The notes: generated from the sequence alone by a model not told the origin. A stretch of DNA of 64,000 nt from an uncultured delta proteobacterium (GCA_963771465.1 CAVYTU010000019.1:64001-128000), one strand, 5' to 3'. Positions 9,729-19,934 are shown, counted from the first letter of the stretch. A program made the numbers and translations.

Positions 9729-10664
9729 ATGGCAAACCGCAAACTGAGGGTCATCTATCGCTCCAATTCCCACGCACCGCTCTGGCTGGTGGCCGACAAA
9801 TCCGGCTGTTGGAATAAGAACGGACTTGACGTCGACACCTCGCCGCAGCTGGTTCGCGAGAGAGCCGTTGAGTCGCTCAAGAACGGCAACGTCGATCTGA
9901 TCTCCGGCAATCATCATAATCTCTATGTCCGTAACGCCAGGAATGGCGAAGACTTCGTCCACCTGGCCCAGCCGACCAACAACTGGACGGAAAACAAATT
10001 GGTGGTCAAACCGGGTATTCGTTCGGTCCAAGACCTGAAAGGAAAAAAGATCGCGGCCGACAAGCTGACCTCCCATGCCGGCCTAAATATCTGGCTCTTC
10101 CTCAAGCAAGCCGGCCTCGACGCAGATCGCGGCGATGTCGAGCTGGTGGAGTTTCCCGGCTCATCCGAAGAGCGTTGGAAACGGGTCATGAGCGGCGAGT
10201 TTGACGGCACCTTTGTCACTATCCCGCATGACGCCCGTGCCGCCAAAGCCGGCGCTCACGTCATCGAAGTGGCGGCAATACCGATGATCCGCGGCGTCAC
10301 GCTGACAACTACGACGAGTTTCGTAAAAAGCCATACGGACGAAATGCGCCAAATGACCAAGGGGCTGATCGACGCCATTCATTATTTTCTAACCCGCAAG
10401 CAGGAGACCTTGGAGATTCTCAAAGAGCACGCCACACCGATTCTGAAGCTTCAGTCGGATCAAGAAGTGGAAAGACTTTACGATGAGTGGGCGCAGTCGT
10501 TGGAGCGCAAACCCTATCCTAATCTGGCGGCGATATCGAATGTTTTTCAGTTAGCGGTTCGGCGCGATCCCGACATCGCCGGTTTCAATCCGCTGGCGCT
10601 TTGGAACACGCATTTCGTCCGGGAACTCGACGACAGCGGTTATATCGACCAACTCTACAGGTAG
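9729..10664 (+). CDS. SsuA/THI5-fold protein without a signal peptide
   Basis: IRSVQDLKGKKIA and LKQAGLD motifs; N-terminus begins directly at the first beta strand. Confidence 0.8.
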   Translation: MANRKLRVIYRSNSHAPLWLVADKSGCWNKNGLDVDTSPQLVRERAVESLKNGNVDLISGNHHNLYVRNARNGEDFVHLAQPTNNWTENKLVVKPGIRSVQDLKGKKIAADKLTSHAGLNIWLFLKQAGLDADRGDVELVEFPGSSEERWKRVMSGEFDGTFVTIPHDARAAKAGAHVIEVAAIPMIRGVTLTTTTSFVKSHTDEMRQMTKGLIDAIHYFLTRKQETLEILKEHATPILKLQSDQEVERLYDEWAQSLERKPYPNLAAISNVFQLAVRRDPDIAGFNPLALWNTHFVRELDDSGYIDQLYR

Positions 10665-10845
10665 AAAATTACCGCAGATTCCGCGATCAAAGTTCGGCGT
10701 GGGCCGCGTCAGGCTCGACCAGGAGTGAAGAAGACCCGCAACGCCGCGGTTGCCTGCTTAGCGCCAGCGGTTCATTGTCCTACCTACGCAAGGATCGCGT
10801 CTCACGCGCTGAGTCAATTTCAACTGCGCAATCCGGGATAAACAT

Positions 10846-10879
10846 AAAAAAAGGCGGAGCCCCCACGCTCCGCCTTTTT
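10846..10879. terminator. Bidirectional intrinsic terminator
   Basis: A7-GGCGGAGC-loop-GCTCCGCC-T5 between convergent genes. Confidence 0.85.
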
Positions 10880-10912
10880 GCCGATATCCCTTCGGCGCTT
10901 GGAAAAATTATC

Positions 10913-11677
10913 CTAACGCTGAGAGATTCTGCTATCGCTGGTCCCGTTCTGCTGCGATGCACTCGGCGCAGGCGGCTGGGCTGCCGGCGTCGCGGCGGTC
11001 GAGGTCACGCCATCGCGGTAGACCAGGATTTCCACCCGGCGATTCTTCGCTCGTCCCTGAGGGGTCTTGTTTTCTTCCATCGGCGCGCTCTGGCCGTAGG
11101 ATACCGGGACGACGCGGATCGGGTCCAAATTTTTCTTGGTGATCAGGTAACGGCTCACCGCATCGGCGCGCCGCTTGCCGAGATCGTAATTATAATTTTC
11201 GTTGCCGACGTTATCGGTGTGGCCGGCTACCATGAAGAGTACGCCATCAGCGCCCAGCGTGTCTCCTTTCATGTCGCTCAAGAAGCTATCGATCTCGCGC
11301 TGCGCTTGGGGTGGCAATGCGGTCGAATTAAACGCGAAGTTGGCACCGTCCTTCATATCGATTACGAGCTTGCGCTCCAAACGCAGATTGCCAATCGCAG
11401 TAAGCGCGCGATCGGCCTTGGCATCGACCTCGCCCAGGCGGCCTTCGAACTGGCCGAGCTTCCCTTCAACACCGCTGACGCGGTTACCGAGGCTGCCAAT
11501 CTGTCCCTCAGCCTTTTCCATACGCCCTTCGCCTTGTGTGATTCGCCCGGTGAGCGGGTCTTGGACATTTTCCCGCACCCAATCGCGCGTCGCGATGCAG
11601 CCTTGGGCCAACAGCAAAGTACCGGTTAAACCGGCGCCGATTAAATATTTCGCCCCACCGACAGTAAAACTTTTCAT
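10913..11677 (-). CDS. OmpA-family peptidoglycan-binding lipoprotein with a coiled coil
   Basis: Lipobox-like LAQGC, heptad repeats, GHTD, LGKRRADAV and NRRVEI; AGGAGG RBS. Confidence 0.92.
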   Translation of the reverse strand: MKSFTVGGAKYLIGAGLTGTLLLAQGCIATRDWVRENVQDPLTGRITQGEGRMEKAEGQIGSLGNRVSGVEGKLGQFEGRLGEVDAKADRALTAIGNLRLERKLVIDMKDGANFAFNSTALPPQAQREIDSFLSDMKGDTLGADGVLFMVAGHTDNVGNENYNYDLGKRRADAVSRYLITKKNLDPIRVVPVSYGQSAPMEENKTPQGRAKNRRVEILVYRDGVTSTAATPAAQPPAPSASQQNGTSDSRISQR

Positions 11678-11758
11678 ACGATATCCTCCTGTTAAATTTA
11701 AACCACTCTAATTATTTTATTCATTGACGCTTGTCTTAATCTGCCAACTGGAATCACT

Positions 11759-13003
11759 TCACGAACCTCGCTCAAGGGGTACGCAGACGATAAATTCCGA
11801 AGCTCGCCCGGGGCGGCCTCTCATGCAGACATCACCTCCGATTTGATCTAAGTACCGGCGCACTGAAACCAACGCTTGAAGACTTTCATCGTTCGCGCCG
11901 CCGACCCCAATGGCGTTATCGAACATGGCGGTCAATCTCTGCGCCACTTCGTTATTCTGGTTTCCTTTAATCTCGAATCTTAAATGAGTCTGGTCGCTGC
12001 GAAATGAGAACTCAACGGTTTCATTGCGCGTCGCCGCCACGGCACTATGGATTAGAACCTTGAGAGCGAGTTTGAACAACACCGGATCGGTCCGCACCTG
12101 CGACGGCCTCATCGCCGTGCCGTCTACCGTCACCTCGACGCTTCGCTCCTGGCTCAACTGGCGGCAAGCCGTCACGGCTTCCTCAACAGCGGACGCGATG
12201 TTGACCACGGACGTATCCGACTCGTCAACTTCCGTTACAGCACAGGGTAGCGGCTTTGGCAGCGAACTCACGCATTTCAGAATGTCCTCGACACTCGATT
12301 CGATATTGCCGACGAATTTTTCTTGATCGACCGCCCGCGCACCGCTCTTATTCTGCCGGAGCATCTCAGTATTGCCGACAATTACCTGGAGCGAGTTCTT
12401 GATATCATGGGACATCATTGCCAGCCGCTCGCGCAGGCGATTATCATCGTTGAGCGCCCGCACCGCCCAGCTAAGTTCACCCGCTAACGTCTGGAGCAGA
12501 AACAACTCGGACACCGTATAGCCTCGACGAATCGAGTGGCCTAGTAACAAGAACCCGAGCGCCGGCCCTGCCGGCGGTGTGACGGGAACCACTACGGCGC
12601 TACGAAAGCCAAACTCACCGCTCACGTCATTCCACGCGATCGGCGCACGGGAGTTGACCACGATATCAAGACAACGCTGAGAAAGATTGGCCGGCACATT
12701 GGCCATGCCAGCTTCCGGCACGCCAAACTCGACTAACTTCGAATCTTTGCTACCCAGCGCGGCGAAACAGAAATCGACGCTAAAAAGGCGCCGCAACCTA
12801 ACCAGGAATTGATTTAACAGCGCCTTCTCATCGCCACATTGCTGCGTCCAACAGTAAGCGCGAAGCAAATTGGCGTGCTCCCAAAGGCTGACAAATACCT
12901 CCCAACTGCCAGTGGGCTCACGGCCGTTGACGAGGGGAAGTCGCTTGGCAATAGTATCATCGCTTGGCGCGCGACTTGCGGAAGGGTACTGCTGGGCGAA
13001 CAT
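11759..13003 (-). CDS. GAF domain plus degenerate histidine kinase
   Basis: GAF-like segment VVVPV...LGFLLLG; H-box SHDIKNSL; N and G boxes not recognisable; start uncertain. Confidence 0.75.
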   Translation of the reverse strand: MFAQQYPSASRAPSDDTIAKRLPLVNGREPTGSWEVFVSLWEHANLLRAYCWTQQCGDEKALLNQFLVRLRRLFSVDFCFAALGSKDSKLVEFGVPEAGMANVPANLSQRCLDIVVNSRAPIAWNDVSGEFGFRSAVVVPVTPPAGPALGFLLLGHSIRRGYTVSELFLLQTLAGELSWAVRALNDDNRLRERLAMMSHDIKNSLQVIVGNTEMLRQNKSGARAVDQEKFVGNIESSVEDILKCVSSLPKPLPCAVTEVDESDTSVVNIASAVEEAVTACRQLSQERSVEVTVDGTAMRPSQVRTDPVLFKLALKVLIHSAVAATRNETVEFSFRSDQTHLRFEIKGNQNNEVAQRLTAMFDNAIGVGGANDESLQALVSVRRYLDQIGGDVCMRGRPGRASEFIVCVPLERGS

Positions 13004-13017
13004 AAGCTCACGTTGAT

Positions 13018-13033
13018 AGCGAATTTCGTTCCA
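13018..13033 (-). promoter_or_regulatory. Putative sigma54 promoter
   Basis: Minus strand TGGAACGAAATTCGCT: GG-N10-GC. Confidence 0.55.
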
Positions 13034-13140
13034 TGTCTAAAAACCGTCAATTTCACCTACTTCTGCTGCTTTTATCCAGTTTGGCCGCAGAGTTTGTGTG
13101 GGTAACCGCAGGGATTATCCTACAGCTCTGAAGGAATGAA

Positions 13141-13650
13141 CTAATATACAATCGGCTTTGAACCACGAGGGAAGCTGCGTCGACTAGAGACCTCACCCTT
13201 GCCCCCGGCGACGTTACCGCCAGCAACCGAAACACACACCGATAGCGGAAGATCGGCGACGGTTGCTGCCAATGCAGTATCGCAGTCGGTCCGCGTCAAG
13301 TCTTCAACCAAATTGTCAAAAGAGAATGGTTTGCCCATGACGATGACACCGAACTCACGAATTTCGTGCTCCAGAACCGCTCGATATTCATCGGTCGCAC
13401 CGCTCATATAAATGGTCTTGACCTGGGGGTTGAACGCTCGGATGCGACGTATCATTTCAATACCGTCGAGCTCGGGCATTTGAATGTCGGTCACGACCCA
13501 GTCGCTCGGACTACGAAAGTAATTCGCGCAACCATGAAAGCCGTTACGCGCTGTGTGCACCTCAAATCCGCGGCTCCGCAGCTTGATGGCGATCAACTCA
13601 GCAAAGCTCTCGTCATCATCAACGACCAAAACAGTTCCAGATGGCATCAT
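13141..13650 (-). CDS. Stand-alone response regulator receiver protein
   Basis: VLVVDDD, TDIQMPELDG, YMSG and KPF motifs; start moved downstream of the sigma54 site. Confidence 0.85.
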   Translation of the reverse strand: MMPSGTVLVVDDDESFAELIAIKLRSRGFEVHTARNGFHGCANYFRSPSDWVVTDIQMPELDGIEMIRRIRAFNPQVKTIYMSGATDEYRAVLEHEIREFGVIVMGKPFSFDNLVEDLTRTDCDTALAATVADLPLSVCVSVAGGNVAGGKGEVSSRRSFPRGSKPIVY

Positions 13651-13680
13651 GCTGGCCCCCATAGTCGCAGCTGAGTAAAA

Positions 13681-13696
13681 CGCAATCCCCGTTCCA
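13681..13696 (-). promoter_or_regulatory. Putative sigma54 promoter
   Basis: Minus strand TGGAACGGGGATTGCG matches TGGCACG-N4-TTGC. Confidence 0.65.
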
Positions 13697-13988
13697 GGTC
13701 GTTCGCAGACGGTGGAAAGTAATATCACCGCTATTTCGGCGTGATTAAGACGTAAATTAAGTTTTCGTGAAGGGATATCCCTGCAACCCAAAACCAGACT
13801 GTAGCTTGGATCAGATTACGTAGCTTCGCTAACGGCACGAACTTGGAATCGTGAGGGCAGCCAACCCTGCGGTCGCAAAGTCAGTCGGCAATCCGGCTTG
13901 AAGCCGGCAGCCGAGGGCGGCGGATTTGCAAAATTCTGCGGTGAGTGGAGAAGAAATGAATGACCGCTTCGATAACGGCGGCCATCGG

Positions 13989-15413
13989 TTAGCTAGACAT
14001 ACCTGGTTTGGGCTTTTTGAACTCGTCGGCTTTAAGGTCATGCTTCTTCAGTAGGTCGTAGAAATCAGCGCGATACTTACCGGCTAGTTTAGCCGCATGA
14101 CTGACGTTGCCTTCGGTCAGCGCTAATACTTGAACTAGATAATCGCGCTCGAAGGCATCGCGCGCGTCTTTGAGCGATCTCAAGTTGTCGCCAAGCGATT
14201 CGCGTTTCTCATAGCCGCCGTTCTTGCCCGGCTCGGACGCCGCGACTTTTCCTTGCAGGATGTAGTCCGCGGTCACCGTATCACTGCGCGTCATCGCCAC
14301 CGCGTACTCGATGGTATTTTCCAACTCGCGCACGTTGCCGGGCCAGTCGTGCAGCATGAGTTTTCGCAGCGACTCCGGCGTCAAGCCCTTGACCATCTTT
14401 TTCATCTGCTGGGTACATTTCTTAAGAAAATGATCGACCAGCGGCACGATGTCCTCCTTGCGTTCGCGCAACGGCGGCAAGAGAATCGGGATTACATGAA
14501 TGCGATAGTATAAATCGTCGCGAAACATTCCTTTGCGCACCAGTTCGGCCAAATCCTTGTTGGTGGCAACGATGACGCGCACATCCACCGCAACCGGCGC
14601 GTCGCCGCCGACGGGATAGAACTGCCGCTCCTGCAATACACGCAAAAGTTTGGACTGCGTCGCCAATGGCATATCGCCGATCTCATCTAAGAATAATGTT
14701 CCGCCGTGGGCCTGGGTGAATAATCCGCGGGTGCTCTTAACCGCGCCGGTAAACGCGCCTTTTTCATGGCCGAAAAGTTCGCTTTCGAGCAACGTTTCCG
14801 GCAACGCGGCGCAATTGAGCGCGACGAACGGCTTGTCCTTGCGATCGCTCGCCAGGTGGATCGCTTTAGCGATCAGTTCTTTACCCGTGCCGCTTTCGCC
14901 GTGGATATAAACCGTCGAGTCGAGGATCGCGATGCGGCTCACCACGTCCAGCACCGCGCGCATCTTGGCGCTGTGGGCGATGATGTTGGCGAAATCAAAG
15001 CGTTCATTGAGCAGCTCTTTCAACCGTTTGATTTCTGAGCTGAGCTTACGGTTTTCCAGGGCGCGCTCGATCTGGAGCAGGAGGTCGCCGGCTTCAAACG
15101 GTTTGGTCAGATAACTGTAGGCGCCGCGGCGCATCGCCTCCACCGCGCTCTCGATGCTGCCATGAGCGGTGAGGATAATCGTCGGTAGGTCGGGACGGAT
15201 GGTGCGGATGTTTTCCATCAAACTGAGGCCGTCGCCATTGGCGAGCATCAAATCGATGATGCATAGATCGAAAACTTGCTCGGTCTGGGATTTCAGCGCG
15301 TGTTCTTCGTCGGCTGTGGCGCTAACTTTATAGTCCGCCGACTCAAGCCGCATCTTGATCAGCTCGAGCAGGTTGGGATTGTCGTCGACGACGAGTATGT
15401 GGCCTTTAGACAT
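13989..15413 (-). CDS. glrR: Sigma54-dependent response regulator, GlrR/QseF-like
   Basis: Receiver domain, GESGTGKE, GAFTGA, WPGNVREL and Fis HTH; FERDYLVQVL..GNVSHAA tail; gene order kinase-lipoprotein-regulator. Confidence 0.85.
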   Translation of the reverse strand: MSKGHILVVDDNPNLLELIKMRLESADYKVSATADEEHALKSQTEQVFDLCIIDLMLANGDGLSLMENIRTIRPDLPTIILTAHGSIESAVEAMRRGAYSYLTKPFEAGDLLLQIERALENRKLSSEIKRLKELLNERFDFANIIAHSAKMRAVLDVVSRIAILDSTVYIHGESGTGKELIAKAIHLASDRKDKPFVALNCAALPETLLESELFGHEKGAFTGAVKSTRGLFTQAHGGTLFLDEIGDMPLATQSKLLRVLQERQFYPVGGDAPVAVDVRVIVATNKDLAELVRKGMFRDDLYYRIHVIPILLPPLRERKEDIVPLVDHFLKKCTQQMKKMVKGLTPESLRKLMLHDWPGNVRELENTIEYAVAMTRSDTVTADYILQGKVAASEPGKNGGYEKRESLGDNLRSLKDARDAFERDYLVQVLALTEGNVSHAAKLAGKYRADFYDLLKKHDLKADEFKKPKPGMSS

Positions 15414-15418
15414 GTCGG

Positions 15419-16027
15419 CTATCTGGCGCGATCGCGCCGTTTCTTTTCGATGTCGATGTCGATCTGTTTGGACTTTTCGATCATCTGTTTCATCTTGTCA
15501 ATCTCCTGGCGTGACTTATCGAGTTCCAAGCGCGACTTGTCGACTTCCAGCTTGGACTTTTCCGCCGCTTGGCGGCTTCGTTCACTTTCCTCCTGGGACT
15601 TCGCCGCCAACTGTTTGGTTGTGGCGAGTTCCCGTTTGGCCTCCTCGGCTTCGTTGAGCACGCCGATCCAAACCCGCGCTTGTTCGGCCCAAACGCTATT
15701 CGGATAGGTCGCGATCACTCGATTAAAAGCGTTGATCGCTTTAGGCCGGTCATTTTTCGGATTCAGCGGATGGGCAAGGATTAATCCCATAGTGTACGTC
15801 GCCATATCCGCCGGCGGTTGATTCTGGGCGATTGCAACCGCTCTTTCAAACGATTTCAACGAATCTTCATAATCGCCGCGCAGCAACTGCTGTTGGCCGC
15901 TGGCAAGCGTTTCACGCAGCTGTTGGCGCTGACTCGATTCGTCGAAGAGCGCGCAGCCGCCAATAAACACTAACAGGGCAAGACAAAAATGAAAGCGCTG
16001 CCCTGACCTAACTGGCTTTCGGCCCAT
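15419..16027 (-). CDS. TPR/coiled-coil lipoprotein, QseG(YfhG)-like
   Basis: Lipobox-like FIGGC, helical repeats, C-terminal KQIDIDIEKKR; lies between kinase and regulator. Confidence 0.7.
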   Translation of the reverse strand: MGRKPVRSGQRFHFCLALLVFIGGCALFDESSQRQQLRETLASGQQQLLRGDYEDSLKSFERAVAIAQNQPPADMATYTMGLILAHPLNPKNDRPKAINAFNRVIATYPNSVWAEQARVWIGVLNEAEEAKRELATTKQLAAKSQEESERSRQAAEKSKLEVDKSRLELDKSRQEIDKMKQMIEKSKQIDIDIEKKRRDRAR

Positions 16028-17412
16028 ATATGTCCACCATGAGATGACACAATACTCTTCACGATCGCTAAACCCAGTCCGGTACCGGACCGGGCGTTGG
16101 AGTTCGACCGACCTACCTGGTTAAACTTTTCAAATATCGATATCAAGCTCTCCGCCGGGATTCCTGGTCCGGAATCCCTCACGGCGATCTCAAGTTTACC
16201 TTCCAAGGGTTTCGCCGTCACCGTCACGTGTCCGCCTGCGGGCGTAAACTTGACGGCGTTGCCGAGTAAATTGCGCAACACTTGGAGGATGCGTTCGGGA
16301 TCGATGCGCGTCGCCGGCAGCGGCAGTACCAAGGTACTTTCAAGCTTGATCTGTTTCGCTTCGACCAACGGCGCGATCTCGGCGACCGCCCGTTTGATCA
16401 ACGGATCGAGGTTGCTGACCTCGAACTCGTAGGTCATCATGCCGGCCTCCATCTTGGACAGGTCGAGCAGCGAGTTGACCAAGCTGATCAGCCGGTTGCT
16501 CTCCTCGGCCAGAATGGCCAACAACTTGCGTTGTTTCTCCGTGGTCGCGCCGCCGACCCCTTCAAGCAACAGCCCCGTGCCTTCCTTGATCGAGGTCAGC
16601 GGCGTGCGCAATTCGTGCGACATCGACGCGAAGAAATCCGCCTTCATGCGGTCGAGCTCGCGCAATTTTTCCGACATCGTGCTCAGAGCCTCCGCCAGCG
16701 CGCCGATCTCCGGTGGCGACTTGACCACTACGCCGCTGTCGAAATTGCCCTTGGCGATCTCCTCGGTCTTGCGCTTCAAGAGCGCAATGGGGGCGGTAAT
16801 ACTGCGGGTCACTAAGAGCGACATGAGCACAATCGCGAGCAGGCAGCTGACCGCGATTACGATCGACATCTCCCGCGCTTGATCGGCCATCGCGGCAAGC
16901 TCGGCGAGCTTAGCGCTGGTGGTGTGCTGCTGATTCACGCGCAGCCGTTCGAATCCGCTCAACATCGCGTCGATGAGTTTCTCTTTGCCCTCTTTGTACT
17001 TAGCCTGCGGGTACGTCTTGTTGGTGCGCACATAGCGCGACTCGTCTTCGACCAGAGAGGTGTAGCTCAAATAGTCTTGGTGAATTCTTTTCAAGATCGG
17101 CGCCGCCGCGCCGTCGCTCAACGCCGACGCACTTTCCAGGCGCCCCTCGAAGTCGATCTTGAGTCGAATGAACTGCAAATACCAGGCTTCGTCCCGCGTC
17201 ACGACGAATTGCTGTTCGGCCCGGCTTTGGCCGAGCAGGAAATCGGCGAGCGCCTTTTCATGATCGAGAACCCGGTTATCGACCTTAAAGATCGCCGCCG
17301 TGCGCTCGCCGAATTGGCGTAACACGACAATGGCGTACAGGCTCGCCGCCGCCACGATCACGAAGATCGCTAGATAGCCAAGAATTAGGCGCGCAAACAA
17401 ACTCAAACGCAC
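15970..17412 (-). CDS. glrK: HAMP sensor histidine kinase, GlrK/QseE-like
   Basis: Two TMs, HAMP, SHELRTPL, NLLGNAVKF, DSGPGI and GTGLGL. Confidence 0.85.
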   Translation of the reverse strand: MRLSLFARLILGYLAIFVIVAAASLYAIVVLRQFGERTAAIFKVDNRVLDHEKALADFLLGQSRAEQQFVVTRDEAWYLQFIRLKIDFEGRLESASALSDGAAAPILKRIHQDYLSYTSLVEDESRYVRTNKTYPQAKYKEGKEKLIDAMLSGFERLRVNQQHTTSAKLAELAAMADQAREMSIVIAVSCLLAIVLMSLLVTRSITAPIALLKRKTEEIAKGNFDSGVVVKSPPEIGALAEALSTMSEKLRELDRMKADFFASMSHELRTPLTSIKEGTGLLLEGVGGATTEKQRKLLAILAEESNRLISLVNSLLDLSKMEAGMMTYEFEVSNLDPLIKRAVAEIAPLVEAKQIKLESTLVLPLPATRIDPERILQVLRNLLGNAVKFTPAGGHVTVTAKPLEGKLEIAVRDSGPGIPAESLISIFEKFNQVGRSNSNARSGTGLGLAIVKSIVSSHGGHIWAESQLGQGSAFIFVLPC

Positions 17413-17438
17413 GGATACGGTTCCTCGATAAAGGGTAA

Positions 17439-18563
17439 CTATTCCGGCTTTCCGTCGGCAACGCTCGATACGGCGTCATCTGGATCGGCAGCCGCCGCCA
17501 CGAGCCGTTGGCCAAATGGATCGAGCCGCCGTTCCGCACTCTGATAACTTGCTTGGGCATGGCCCAGATGTTTGCCCAACAGCGTATATTCATCGCGGAA
17601 TTTTGTGAAGTCGCTCTGGAGACGGCTTAAGTATTCAACGATCTCCTTGGCGCGCTCTTCGACTTTCATGCCCCTTAAACCGAGCACGATGGTCTGCAAA
17701 TAAGCGTACAAACTATTGGGCGACACCGGTATGACGTGTTTGCCGAGCGCGTAGTGGGACAGACTCTTATCGTCCGCAGCATCCTCCTTGATGATGGTTT
17801 CATAGTAGACATTTTCCGCCGGGATATACATCAGCGCGAAATCATAGGTGCCCTCGTCGGGCAAAATATATTTTCCCGCGATCGCGTCGATATGTTTTTT
17901 CACGTCGCCGGCGAATTGGCGCTTGGCGCGAGCGCTTTCCTCCTCGCTGGTCGCGGCGAGAATCCGTTTGAAATTTTCCAGAGGAAACTTTGCATCCACC
18001 GGCACGAGTGAGCGGCCAAGCCTGACGACGGCGTCGACCTTCTCGCCGCTGCGAAAGCTATATTGCGTCGCAAAGTGTTCCGCCGGCAAAATCTGGCCGA
18101 GCAAGTCTTCGAGAAAAAACTCGCCCAATCCGCCTCTCAACTTGGGCGCGCGCAGAATCTCTTGCAGCGAAGCGATGTCCTTGCCGACTTCGTAAATCTT
18201 GCGGTTGGCCTCTTCGAGACCGCCGAGGCTGCGCTGTACATTGCCGACGACACGCGCCGCGTTGTCGAGCCGCTCGCCTAAATTTTGCTGCGTTTGGCTG
18301 AGCACGTCGGCGTTCTCTTTCAAGCGCTGATTGACGTGGCCGAGCAGTTGCCCGAGCTGCTGCTGGATGGATTGGCTGTTGGTTTCCAAACTCTGGCTCA
18401 GCTGTGCGCGCAACTGCGCGATCTGCTGCTGCATCATCAGCAGCGACTGATCTTGCGGTTTTTCCGCTAACAATGATTTAAGCCGGCCAATGAAAAACCA
18501 GCCGAGCAAAACCAAACCGAGAAAGGAAAGAAAAATCAGCAGGAGCGGTTGTGGCAGTTCCAC
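17439..18563 (-). CDS. rmuC: DNA recombination protein RmuC
   Basis: N-terminal TM, coiled coil, PKLRGGLGE, PVDAKFPLE and DFALMYIPAE. Confidence 0.92.
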   Translation of the reverse strand: MELPQPLLLIFLSFLGLVLLGWFFIGRLKSLLAEKPQDQSLLMMQQQIAQLRAQLSQSLETNSQSIQQQLGQLLGHVNQRLKENADVLSQTQQNLGERLDNAARVVGNVQRSLGGLEEANRKIYEVGKDIASLQEILRAPKLRGGLGEFFLEDLLGQILPAEHFATQYSFRSGEKVDAVVRLGRSLVPVDAKFPLENFKRILAATSEEESARAKRQFAGDVKKHIDAIAGKYILPDEGTYDFALMYIPAENVYYETIIKEDAADDKSLSHYALGKHVIPVSPNSLYAYLQTIVLGLRGMKVEERAKEIVEYLSRLQSDFTKFRDEYTLLGKHLGHAQASYQSAERRLDPFGQRLVAAAADPDDAVSSVADGKPE

Positions 18564-18580
18564 GTTAAACCGTGGCGCAC

Positions 18581-18793
18581 TCAGAGCAGTCTTAGGGCGT
18601 ATTCGAGGATCTCGCTGAGCTTACGGATCTGCGTGGCGCGCATGGAGCGCTCTTCCCGCGGCGCGGCGAAATAGTCATCGATGCTTTTTTTGAGATTCCA
18701 TTCGAGCAGTTCGACACATTGATCCATGCTGACTTTTTCCGACCGGCGGCGGCGCGCTTGGTGCAGTTCCTGGAGTTGAATGAGCTGACCCAT
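18581..18793 (-). CDS. Hypothetical 70-aa helical protein
   Basis: Fills the gap between co-oriented genes; plausible composition. Confidence 0.6.
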   Translation of the reverse strand: MGQLIQLQELHQARRRRSEKVSMDQCVELLEWNLKKSIDDYFAAPREERSMRATQIRKLSEILEYALRLL

Positions 18794-18827
18794 ACAGTGC
18801 GCTAGTGTAGGTTACGCCGGAGAATTG

Positions 18828-19934
18828 TCAAGGCCTCGAACTATCCACCGCCGGTTCTTGTTGCGTCACACAATGGATCGCGCCCAAACCCGCGACCACC
18901 TCGTTACAGCGCAGGCCGATGACTTTGCGCTCGGGAAATAACTCTTGGAGAATGCCGATCGCTTCCTTGTCGTTGACATCGTCGAACACCGGCGCGAGAA
19001 CGACTTCGTTGGCGATGTAAAAGTTAGCGTAGCTTGCCGGCAGGCGGGTATTTTCAAAGTAGATTGAACCCGGACATGGCAACCTAACGAGTTCCAATCT
19101 GCGGCCGAATGGATCTTTGGTGCGTTGCAAACGCTCGTAGTTTTCTTGCAATAAGCGATAATTATCGTCCTTTGAATTTGCCTCGACAATACAAACGACG
19201 GTGGTTGGATTGACGAAGCGCGCAATGTCGTCGATATGGCCGTCGGTGTCGTCACCGACGATGCCTTCGCCCAGCCAGATCACCTGGCTCACGCCGAGAG
19301 ACATTTTGAGGTACTGCTCGATCTCGTGCCGACTCAGATGCGGGTTGCGATTGCGGTTGAGCAAGCATTGCTCGGTGGTGAGACAAACGCCCGCGCCGTT
19401 GACTTCAATCGACCCGCCTTCGAGAATGATCTCGTGATCGAACACCGGGACATTCAGCAGCGCGGCGATGGCGCGCGCCACGCCATCGTCCTCTTGATAG
19501 GTTGGATATTTGCCGCCCCAGCCGTTGAAGATCCAATCGTTGAACGCCAGCGGCGCGTCGTGAGCATTCCTCGTCACAAACGTCGGGCCGTAATCGCGCA
19601 TCCAGACATCGATGGTGGGAATGCGTAACAATGTGACGTTAGCCAGCGGCGCGCCGGCTTTCGTCAAACGCGCAGTTACTTCTTGTTCGGTCCGCCCGTC
19701 ATTAACCAGCAAACAAACTTCTTCGTAGGGCGCCAGGACGCGGACCATTTGAATCCATAGCTCGCGAACTTTTTCCAAATCGGTCGGCCAGGTTTCAAGA
19801 TTATGCGGCCAAGAGAGCCAGGTTGCACGATGACGCGCCCATTCCGCCGGCATGGCGTAGCCGAGAGATGCGGCTGTCGGAGAATTTGAATTGGCATGGC
19901 TCATGGGAGCGCTCTCTGAAGGATTCTGCGTCAT
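18828..19934 (-). CDS. aguA: Agmatine deiminase
   Basis: MPAEW, WMRDYGP, EGGSI, DTDGHID and GAIHCVTQQ; ATGA overlap with the aguB stop. Confidence 0.93.
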   Translation of the reverse strand: MTQNPSESAPMSHANSNSPTAASLGYAMPAEWARHRATWLSWPHNLETWPTDLEKVRELWIQMVRVLAPYEEVCLLVNDGRTEQEVTARLTKAGAPLANVTLLRIPTIDVWMRDYGPTFVTRNAHDAPLAFNDWIFNGWGGKYPTYQEDDGVARAIAALLNVPVFDHEIILEGGSIEVNGAGVCLTTEQCLLNRNRNPHLSRHEIEQYLKMSLGVSQVIWLGEGIVGDDTDGHIDDIARFVNPTTVVCIVEANSKDDNYRLLQENYERLQRTKDPFGRRLELVRLPCPGSIYFENTRLPASYANFYIANEVVLAPVFDDVNDKEAIGILQELFPERKVIGLRCNEVVAGLGAIHCVTQQEPAVDSSRP

